From assembly GCA_965655095.1 (NCBI GenBank), contig OZ296649.1, forward strand, positions 144,336,001 to 144,400,000: a stretch of DNA of 64,000 bases. Direction: 5' to 3'. Of the stretch, positions 1-8,433 are shown piece after piece. Below the pieces are notes generated by a model. That model was not told the origin of the DNA, searched no databases, and worked only from the letters and a program-made list of their open reading frames with translations. The stretch's first letter is position 1. Every line of letters starts with the position of its first letter. The translations under genes and the position numbers were made by a program. Source of the DNA: Haplodiscus bocki (Eukaryota).

Positions 1-1307
1 GTAAAATATTTATCGGTCAGGTACTTCATTATTACAACGTGTTTCACAGTTTCGAACACTCTCAGGCTGGTCGTGCCCATACACTAGTTAATTAAAGTGA
101 TTTTATTTTTCATCAGATCTCAACTATTTGCTTAGTCATTTTACTCTGCTATACTGTTAGTGCTATTCTGTTGCTAGTCGGTGTTGGTGCCTTAAGTCAA
201 TGATGCAGCTCAATTACTTCAAAAAAATAGTGTATTTCGGTAGTTAGGTATTTTTAGTTACCAGTTATTGCGTTTTCGATGCAAGTTGATTGGTGGATTC
301 AAAAAATTAATATCTGAGCTTGGGTTGTGGACTTCATCCTTTGGATGAAAATCTATGAATTTTCAAGTAGCTCACAAAAGTTAGTCAGTGTTATATTGAT
401 CTTTTTGATGAAAACCGATGACTTTTGAATCAGTGTAGCAGTCAATGCGGAAGGTTTTTATCCTTTGGATGAAAACTGATAATTGTTTGAATACTTGCTA
501 CGGCATTGTAATTAGTTCACACCACTCAGATGTAAACCGATACTTTTTTGTCTTGACAAGGAATCTATTCCGTTTGAGTAGATATGCTCAGGAATGTTCC
601 TTTCTCAAAAAGTCCAAGTTTTATGTTGTACAGAGTAGAGTAATTGTACTAATTGCCTGAAATCGTCGAACGGATGTTTTCTAATGAAAAAGTAATCAGG
701 CTCAATTATGAACTTGTCTGTCGGGTGGCTACAGAGGGTACTTGTAGTGGATTTCAATGTTTTGATTGGACCTGACTGGTGTCTTTTGTTTCTGCTTGAA
801 TATATTTGAGCCTTTAACGGAATATGTTGGTTTTCACGGATTCGTTTCATCAACTTGGTTTTCGATGGATAAATATATTTTATAAGCTCAGCGATACTCC
901 TTAAAAATTATGTAAAGATGTTTTAAAAATACATAGTCTCGATCATAGCTGGGGGAAAAAATTTATTAGTACATAGTTGCTTTTATACTTTTATGCTTTT
1001 CGTGGCGACAGAACTAGCATTAAATCTTAGTACTAATAATGGTTTCATACATATGTAACATTAGGTATATTTAAAGTTATTTAGAAATTTCATTTTTCAC
1101 TCATAACAAACAGAGTTGCTTTTGGTAATTGAGACTAAGTTTCTTTTGGTATGATTTCCTTTATAGATTTTAAGGTTTCATTGTTTTCGAGGGTTTTCAA
1201 ACCCGCCACCTATCGATTCGTTAGTTTTTATAAGGTGAGTATCAGTAAAAAAAAATTGGTAGATTTTTGGTATAATTTCTACTATAAAATGTGAAAATTT
1301 GTAGCTT

Positions 1308-1375
1308 TTACTGGATGGCTTCGAATCGGAAACCTGTGGCTCCGGAACCCTTTTGTCCTACCCACTGTGCCATAC
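1308..1375 (-). repeat. tRNA-derived (SINE-like) repeat segment
   Basis: Minus strand reads GTATGGCACAGTGGGTAGGACAAAAGGGTTCCGGAGCCACAGGTTTCCGATTCGAAGCC, with A-box-like TGGCACAGTGG and B-box-like GATTCGAAGCC. Related degenerate copies lie at ~52755-52822 (-), ~61075-61135 (+) and 61181-61240 (+). No clean cloverleaf. Confidence 0.5.
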
Positions 1376-1488
1376 AAAATGCACAAAAAGTTTTACGAAC
1401 AAATATTTCACCGAAGAGTGGGTCAATCAAGAAAAGAAAGGTCGGTTGATTCGAGGCTAGAAAAGCGTCTTACGAAAAAAGAAGAAGA

Positions 1489-1494
1489 GTCGCT
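1489..1494 (+). repeat. Left 6-bp target-site duplication GTCGCT
   Basis: Identical hexamer immediately follows the right terminus (21056-21061); 6-bp TSDs are typical of Polintons. Confidence 0.95.
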
Positions 1495-1839
1495 AATAGT
1501 GTACAAAAAGGCATTCGACACCAGGCACGCATGACGCAGCGTTGTCCGACACCGACCCCTTTCCCGTCATCACAAAAATACAAATCCTAGGGCGTATAAT
1601 TATATATTAACTAATAATTAGAAGAATAAAATTCGTTAATCAAAAAATTGAATGAATACAATAAAAAATAATTACACCCTAGGATTTGTATTTTTGTGAT
1701 TTTGTTGAGTGGTTGGTGTCGGACGACGCTGCGTCATGCATGCCTAATGTCAAATGCTTTTTTGTACACTACTAGTCATGAAAGTATACAATTATGTTGA
1801 ATTAGAAATAAAATTGAAATTATAAAATTACATACAATT
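1495..1839 (+). repeat. Left terminal inverted repeat (internal hairpin 1495-1773)
   Basis: Reverse complement of 20710-21055; manual alignment gives ~17 substitutions and 1 indel. Confidence 0.95.
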
Positions 1840-1857
1840 TCTTGCTCTTTATAAATG

Positions 1858-2061
1858 TTACAAAAACTCCACTGGCCAACTTTCTAATTCTACTTTTTCA
1901 AGCATATTTAGTGAGCACTCCTGGCAGAGTTCCCCATCGATCTTTTCAACTTTTTCAAGCATCAAGATATAGACAGTTCCTCCACATAGCTTTCGCGCAT
2001 GATGATGACAAAGACTGGGGGATGTTGGCTAACAGTGAACCCCAAACGCTGTGACTACCAT
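1858..2061 (-). pseudogene. Small Cys/His-containing Polinton ORF with one internal stop
   Basis: Own translation: MVVTAFGVHC*PTSPSLCHHHARKLCGGTVYILMLEKVEKIDGELCQECSLNMLEKVELESWPVEFL*; no family recognised. Confidence 0.3.
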
Positions 2062-2189
2062 TCAAGCATAGTCCTATTTTTAGTCAATGTTACAAATTTC
2101 ACTAGGCTATAGGAGGCAGTATACAAGGCGAGAAACTAGAATAATTATACATATTCTATCACAGTCTCATGCACGTGTATGTTGTAATA

Positions 2190-2798
2190 TGTCCACTCTT
2201 AAACATGTAGAGATTATAAAATTTTCAACTAGCTTGATGAGTGATATATCATTCGATAGCCTGTTAAAAGTTTAGTATACCCTGAAAGTTTCAATTTTGT
2301 AACTATAATAACTTTCGAGAAAATTGACAAAGTCAGTTTTGAATGTCGACATACCTTAAACATGTAGAGATTATAGAATTTTGAGCTACACCAACGTGTG
2401 ATATATCATTCGATAGCCCATCAAAAGTTTAGTCGACCATGAAAATTTCAATCCTATATCTATTACCATTTTCGAGAAAATTGACAAAGTCAGTTTTGAA
2501 TGTCGACATACCTTTAACATGTAGAGATTATAAAATCTTGAGCTAGAACAAAGTGTGATATATTTTTGGATAGCTCGTGAAAAGTTAAGTATACGCTGGA
2601 AATTTCAACTCTGTATCCATTATAATCTTCGAAAAAATTGACAAAAAAAGGAATTGTCGACATACCTTAAACATGTAGAGATTATAAAATTTTGAGCTAC
2701 AACAAAGTGTGATATATCATTGGATAGGTCGTCAAAAGCTATGTTTACGCTGAAAATTTCAACTCTGTATCTATTCTAATCTTCGAGAAAATTGACAA
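2190..2798 (+). repeat. Subterminal tandem repeat, ~4 x 154-157 bp
   Basis: (A/T)AACATGTAGAGATTATA recurs at 2201, 2358, 2515 and 2669; each unit contains TTCGA(G/A)AAAATTGACAA. Confidence 0.9.
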
Positions 2799-2874
2799 CA
2801 TTTTATGATTTCTTTTTATTTGATACTATTTCTTTCTCCTTTTAGATTTGTCGTTATTTTTGAAATATTAATAC

Positions 2875-2938
2875 TAGAGACATATTTACAATTATAAGAG
2901 TTCAAATACCAGAGTATACATACAATTATATGTGTTTG
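2875..2938 (+). repeat. Polinton-internal repeat (TACAATTATATGAG family), short copy
   Basis: ATTTACAATTATAAGAGT...GTATACATACAATTATATGTG matches the units at 4583, 7963 and 11469. Confidence 0.6.
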
Positions 2939-3019
2939 AAATTTGTCTAGTCTTTTAGAAGTATTCTTTCACTTTTACAACCATTTATAAGATAATAAAT
3001 ATGTTCTCAAACCAGTTAA

Positions 3020-3307
3020 CTAAACGTTATTAGATTTCTCAATCATTTTCTGATCATACATTTCAAAGATTTTTTTTCTCAGGATTGTGATTAGTGATTT
3101 GTCAAAATAAACTTTCATTTTTAGACATTCTATATATAAATCATCGAGGGTTTTCATCATTTCAACTAATTTATCTAAATCAATATTTTCGAATTCATCT
3201 ATTAAATTTTTTCTAATTATGATAGAAGTATTCAATTCTACACCAGACACTATGTTATATATCTCCATCTGATTGAAAAAATTCAACACATCATTAATCG
3301 TTTCGAT
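3020..3307 (-). CDS. Hypothetical ~95-aa helical protein, paralog of 20407-20694; start codon probably mutated
   Basis: Frame extends to ATC at 3307 in a TAAATC context, giving (M)ETINDVLNFF, similar to MKTISDCLNLF of 20407. Confidence 0.6.
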   Translation of the reverse strand: METINDVLNFFNQMEIYNIVSGVELNTSIIIRKNLIDEFENIDLDKLVEMMKTLDDLYIECLKMKVYFDKSLITILRKKIFEMYDQKMIEKSNNV

Positions 3308-3322
3308 TTATATATAATAAAA

Positions 3323-3922
3323 TTATATCATCCATGGGAATAAAGTTGATGGTTGAAAACCTATATTTCTAAAACAATTTGGGAGAAAATTGTATTCATA
3401 ATCACTATTATCCACTATTTGATAAATTTCTTCAATATAATCTCTTTCAAGTTTCCTACACAACATTGATCTGGGTTGATTCACATAGTGTTGTAATGTC
3501 ATTTCTTTAAGTTCGGATATAAATATTATATCTATCTCATCGGATATTGTTTTATATGCACAATTTCTATCAACAATATTTAGAAACTCACGTTCAGATA
3601 CTTTTACATATATCGGTATTTCAAACATATCTGGTTTAAACATATGTGTTCTTTGTAAAGTAATCGTGCGTGGAATCGAGATTTTATTTTTAATCATATC
3701 ATTTTTCTTCCAAATAATCATTACAGTAAATTCATTGAATTTTTTTTTATGCTCATCACAGTATGATTGAAGAATATCTTTAAATTTATTAATATCATTA
3801 TTTTTTACAATGTATTTATTTACAATCAAATTTGATAAGAAATATCTATGTTTCATCGTTTTTTCATGTTTATTTTTGTTTTGCTTTTTAATTTTAGCTA
3901 AGCAGATACTACACTCATACAT
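3323..3922 (-). CDS. 199-aa protein with N-terminal C2H2-type zinc finger
   Basis: Intact ORF; YECSIC-x11-HEKTMKH; TAAAT immediately precedes ATG; paralog of 4940-5488. Confidence 0.75.
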   Translation of the reverse strand: MYECSICLAKIKKQNKNKHEKTMKHRYFLSNLIVNKYIVKNNDINKFKDILQSYCDEHKKKFNEFTVMIIWKKNDMIKNKISIPRTITLQRTHMFKPDMFEIPIYVKVSEREFLNIVDRNCAYKTISDEIDIIFISELKEMTLQHYVNQPRSMLCRKLERDYIEEIYQIVDNSDYEYNFLPNCFRNIGFQPSTLFPWMI

Positions 3923-3938
3923 TTATAAATAAATATTT

Positions 3939-4235
3939 TTATTCTCTGCTGTCATTTTTATCGTTCTGTATTCTTTCTAAGTTGTTTAGAATTAACTCTC
4001 TCATCTCATAATAGTCTTTTTTCAATTCTTCAATACAAGTCTCGTACAGTCTAGTTAATGTATAGTTTGTTTTATTAAGTAAATCAAAATGATACTCGAA
4101 CTGTATTTCTTCACTTTCTAGTACGAAGTTATTAATCATTTTCATAAATAATATATAGTGTCCGTCTCTGTTGTTGTTAAGTAAACCTTCATCAATAATA
4201 TTTAATATATCATAAATATTTTTTGCAGTCCTCAT
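3939..4235 (-). CDS. Hypothetical 98-aa protein
   Basis: Intact ORF, TAAATG start, tightly packed with neighbours. Confidence 0.65.
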   Translation of the reverse strand: MRTAKNIYDILNIIDEGLLNNNRDGHYILFMKMINNFVLESEEIQFEYHFDLLNKTNYTLTRLYETCIEELKKDYYEMRELILNNLERIQNDKNDSRE

Positions 4236-4438
4236 TTATATAGAGAAAAAATACTTTGAAGATGTTTAATTCTACTAATTTTCATTTTTAATTCTATATC
4301 TAAATCTGATATAATTATTGACATTATATTTATTAATTCTTTAAGAATAATATTTTGAATCAAATTATCATATGCTATCTCAAATTTATGATCATAAGTT
4401 AATCTTTTATATCTATCTAACAAGTTATTTTTTTTCAT
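4232..4438 (-). CDS. Hypothetical 68-aa protein
   Basis: Intact ORF overlapping the next start (ATGA overlap). Confidence 0.5.
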   Translation of the reverse strand: MKKNNLLDRYKRLTYDHKFEIAYDNLIQNIILKELINIMSIIISDLDIELKMKISRIKHLQSIFSLYK

Positions 4439-4526
4439 ACATACGAAAGGATCTTTTTAAATTACATTTATAAAAGCTTCCATTTTAATAACGCTACTTC
4501 ATTTCAAATAATCTTATCTTAATGAA

Positions 4527-4814
4527 ATGAATAGTGATAATCCACTAGTTTTTTTTTGTGAAGATGATGGAGAATATAAAACATGGATACATACAAATAT
4601 ATGAGAATTTCTACTTGAGTATACATTCAATTATTCGAGTAGTTATACAACAATGATAGTACATTTATATGAGTACTTATAGTTGGGTATACTCACACTT
4701 ATAAGAGTTTTATGTTGTGAAATTTGTGATAAATTATGTATTGAACGATTTTACAAAAATCATCTCAAATCACAAACTCATATAAATAATATTCGTAAAA
4801 GAGAAAACTCATAA
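4527..4814 (+). pseudogene. Small C2H2 (U1/matrin-like) zinc-finger gene interrupted by the internal repeat
   Basis: MNSDNPLVFFCEDDGEYKT [repeat ~4583-4712] CCEICDKLCIERFYKNHLKSQTHINNIRKRENS*; both halves are in the same frame. Confidence 0.65.
4583..4712 (+). repeat. Polinton-internal repeat copy
   Basis: Starts ATGGATACATACAA like the 7963 copy and ends GGTATACTCACACTTATAAGAGTTTT. Confidence 0.8.
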
Positions 4815-4939
4815 TTTTTTTTTTGGTTCTACATCAAATCCGACAGAACGAAACAACGATCACAATATCAACTAAAGAATACATTGATAGTTTATATGTT
4901 TTAGATAAATCATTTCAAGTAAATCTCACTTATATAAAT

Positions 4940-5488
4940 ATGGATATCCTTTGTAAAGTGTGCGATAAAGATATTATAGAAAATGAATCTCAATATAAAA
5001 ATTATATAACCACTCTATGTAAAAAAGACGATAAAAGTATATAAAAAAAATATGTTAATAAATATTTTAATTTGGATGAAAATGACAAAATATTAAAAGA
5101 TTATGTTAGTTCTCATAACAAAAAATTTAATATCTATTTTATTTATTGTGAATATAAAATACAATTTGATAATAATTATACCAGAAATCTATCAACTGCA
5201 TGTGTTCACAATAAAGATTTTGAGAAAATATATCAAAGTCTAATATATTATGTTGAAAGTATTAAAATAAATGGTTATATATTTGAAAAAATTTATGAAA
5301 TGACTATTAACACAATTAGTGATAAATGTAACATTACACATGAAATATATTTTAACAATCCCATGCCTATGGTTGAAAGACGGATAAATTTTACTTTTGC
5401 TAAAAACCCACAATTGATAAATTCATTAGAACGTAATAAAAGTCACCCGCTTATCAGAAAATTTTCACACATACCTTTTATTAACTAA
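4940..5488 (+). pseudogene. Zinc-binding protein paralogous to 3323-3922, one in-frame stop (5042)
   Basis: MDILCKVCDK...DKSI*KKYVNKY...ILKDYVSSHNKKFN aligns by eye with IVNKY...ILQSYCDEHKKKFN; C-terminal YFNNPMPMVERRI aligns with YVNQPRSMLCRKL. Confidence 0.7.
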
Positions 5489-5491
5489 TAA

Positions 5492-5677
5492 ATGTATGTA
5501 GTAAATGTTACCGATGATTATGATAATATGACGTTATGTAATTGTACAAACAATGAAAATGATATTGATATAACTATACCAACATTATTATTTACAAAAC
5601 CATCTGGTCTATCATTTTTATGTTGAATATCCCTCATGGTATATAATGTAATCAAACCTTTATTCAATAGTAAATGA
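5492..5677 (+). pseudogene. Small putative membrane glycoprotein (61 codons, one internal TGA)
   Basis: MYVVNVTDDYDNMTLCNCTNNENDIDITIPTLLFTKPSGLSFLC*ISLMVYNVIKPLFNSK*: three N-x-T sequons, then a hydrophobic stretch; TAAATG start. Confidence 0.5.
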
Positions 5678-6402
5678 TGGAGAAGATTTTATATCCAAAT
5701 CATCCAGTTCGTTGTATAAATACCGGCCCTAGTGAATGTGGCAAATCAGAATTTTTAACAAATTTAGTTTTAAATATCATAAACGAATATGATAAAATAT
5801 ACATCTGTTCACCTAGTCTTCATGAAGACCTATATCAAAAAATAATTAAATGTTTTAGTAAATAGATACCAATTCACATAATCCCAAATATTCTAAATGA
5901 AGAAGATATAGATGTGGTTTTTGAAGAGTTAGTTAATAATAAAGACTTTGAAAAATCAGATACTGAGATAGAAACATATGATAATATAGAAGAATTAAAA
6001 TTTCCCCAAGATTATGAAAATAATAGTATCGTTATCTTAGACGATTTAAATCAAAAAGAAATGGATGATCCTAGAGTACAAGCAATATTTAAGAGACTTA
6101 GACATAATAATTTATCTATTTTTATAATCAGTCAAGTTTACTATGAATTAGGTAAAAAAACAATACGCTGTAATGGTAATATCGTTCATATAATTAAGCC
6201 GAACAATTTCAGAGATGTATTAAATCTCTATCAAGATAAAAGTTCTATGGATGTGACCCTTAATGAATTCAAATTATTAACATCTACTTGTTGGAATGAA
6301 AAATATCAACCTCTTACAATTGATATGACAAAAAACAAATACCAAGGCCGTTATCGACTCGGATTAAATAGTATATTTGTTCCGAATAGTTCTCTTTTTT
6401 AA
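5674..6402 (+). pseudogene. A32/FtsK-like DNA-packaging ATPase, one in-frame stop (5863)
   Basis: Walker A GPSECGKS, Walker B SIVILDD, and RLRHNNLSIFIISQ (A32 arginine/sensor motif); the two ORF pieces share a frame. Confidence 0.92.
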
Positions 6403-6418
6403 ATTTTAAGTCTTATAA

Positions 6419-7170
6419 ATGAGTATTTATTCAAATGTAACAGAACAAGATTTGAATAATCTACGTAAATTAGCTGAACAACAAAAAGAACAACAAGCTC
6501 TTAAAATTAAAAATAGAATCTTAAAACAGACATTTGATGAAAAAGTAGCAGAATCTTTTAGTCCTATTACAGAGAAATTAGATAAAGTAGTTGAAATAAT
6601 AAAAGAAACCAATACTCCTAAACCTGATACATTATTTGAAAATACATTAAGTAATATGAAAAAAATATTGGTTTTTTCAATATAAAAGAAAGAGATAATG
6701 GTGAAATTTTTTGGAATGGATTTTCAGTTAAAAAAATGGGTGGTAATAAACTTAAAATAAGTGAGAACATTTTTGAGATAACTCCAGGTATTCAAAATGT
6801 TTTTACTCAAACGTCTAACATACCACTGAAAAAATCAAATAATCAAGAGCGGGAAGTATATAATAATATTTTGGAAACTCTTGATTTTGAGAAGTACCAA
6901 ACTATATCTGGTGAATCTAAATCTGGTAGATATAAACAATCTAAAAGCAAATTTAAAAAACGTAATTTAAAAGGAGAAGGAGTTAAAATTATTATACCAT
7001 CTAACATAATTGATTTTTACACCAGATTTGAAATCTTACTCGGACTAAAATTATCTGGTCATACTGATACTCTAACAGAAACTAGTAACTTAATAGATGA
7101 ATTATACAAACTAGGTGAAATTCAAAATAAACAACAATTTCGAAATGCTCTAAATAAATCTAATTTTTAA
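6419..7170 (+). pseudogene. Conserved uncharacterised Polinton protein (coiled N-terminus, helical C-terminus), frameshifted
   Basis: C-terminal RFEILLGLKLSGHTDTLTETSNLIDELYKLGEI resembles the RLxLLxGxxxAGN...DEL motif recalled from Polinton accessory proteins; preceded by an LKGE/G adenain-type site. Confidence 0.6.
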
Positions 7171-7173
7171 TAA

Positions 7174-7960
7174 ATGAATCTTACATCTAAACTTTTAAAA
7201 CAAATAGCATTTAATACTAGACCTAAAATAGAAGAGCATATGTTGATTGTTATGCATAAAAGCACTCACACAGAGCATTTATATGAGCCACTACAAACAA
7301 ATAATAAACAATTTAAAATAGCTATCACTTTTCTAACTGCTTATAATGGTATTTTCAATATTACAAGTAAAAAATAACAAATATTATTTCTCAAAATCAA
7401 TCATCGATGATAATCATTTTCAGAACATTACTATTCCACAAGGTGCTTACTAAATTGAAAGTTTGAGTAAAGAAACTAAAAGGATTATCATCGACGAAGG
7501 TCATTTTACTCTTCAAGAATATCAGTTTACAATAAAGCCTAATTTTACTGCTCTTGGGTCTATTATTGAAATATCCAACGAAGAGTCAACGATATCATTC
7601 ATACCAGAAGATAGCATACCAGATCTTCTGGGATTTAATAAGACTTCAATATACGAAAAATACAATATGGCACCCAATCCAGTTGATATAATATCATTCG
7701 ATAATTTTTTCATTGAAAGTAATATTGCTCAAGGAATGATTTTCAAAGGCCGAAGATCTGGAGTAATACACAATTTTACAATGACCGTCAATCCGGGATA
7801 CAAATACGTCCAACGCTTTGAAGGAGTAATTAGCTGGTATATTATGAAAAATATTGATGTTATTTCGAGTATTTATTTTAGAATAAAAAATGAAAATGAA
7901 AATTTAGTATCATTTAATGGTCAATCAATAACATTCAGATTATCAATCAAAGAAATTTAA
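7174..7960 (+). pseudogene. Minor capsid protein (penton, single jelly roll), disrupted
   Basis: IPQGAY, LLGF, PGYKY and terminal IKNENENLVSFNGQSITFRL motifs typical of Polinton pentons; located upstream of MCP. Confidence 0.8.
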
Positions 7961-7962
7961 AA

Positions 7963-8157
7963 TATGGATACATACAACTATATGAGTTCCTATACTGAGT
8001 ATACTTACAATTATAACTTTCAGATGTATTCAATTATATGAGTACATATACTTAGGTATACTTACAATTATATGAGAAGTTATACAACCATAGAAATAAT
8101 GTGATAGTACAATTATATGAGTACTTATACTTGGGTATACTTACAATTATATGAGTA
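7963..8157 (+). repeat. Polinton-internal repeat, longest copy (~33-34-bp subunits)
   Basis: Repeated TATACTTACAATTATATGAGTAC(A/T)TATACTT(A/G)GG units. Confidence 0.85.
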
Positions 8158-8262
8158 GGTGTTTTATTTATACGTTTATGAAAAATATGAAAAGGTGTGA
8201 ATAAGTAAAAGAGTAATTATGCTAGAGTATACTTAGAATTGTAAGAATTTACTTCTTATTAA

Positions 8263-8418
8263 ATGCCGAGAACTTTAATAAAACCAAGATTACATCCCAA
8301 TAAACCTAAACCAGAAATTAGACAAAAACCTAATAATACTAAATCAGATTTACCTCCAAATTTACAATCATTTGAACAAAAATTATTATCAGGAAACGGT
8401 TTTGTTGAATATAAATAG
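8263..8418 (+). CDS. 51-aa basic Pro/Lys-rich putative core protein
   Basis: Own translation MPRTLIKPRLHPNKPKPEIRQKPNNTKSDLPPNLQSFEQKLLSGNGFVEYK*; TAAATG start; LSGN/G adenain-type site. Confidence 0.6.
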   Translation: MPRTLIKPRLHPNKPKPEIRQKPNNTKSDLPPNLQSFEQKLLSGNGFVEYK

Positions 8419-8433
8419 TTTTTTATATTATAA

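Noticed and set aside
330-860. ~62-bp degenerate repeat (GATGAAAA..GAT) and broken minus-strand frame left of the Polinton
   Set aside because: Outside the TSD, too degenerate to assign, no recognisable protein.
1308-1375. Functional tRNA gene (also ~52755-52822 and 61075-61240)
   Set aside because: A/B-box-like motifs are present but the stems do not pair consistently, and the copies are divergent and embedded in interspersed repeats.
4583-4712. The repeat inside the zinc-finger ORF as a spliceosomal intron
   Set aside because: No GT or GC donor at the junction before the in-frame TGA at 4602.
7963-8157. CRISPR-like repeat-spacer array
   Set aside because: The intervening sequences are themselves repeated between copies rather than unique spacers; no cas genes; eukaryotic context.
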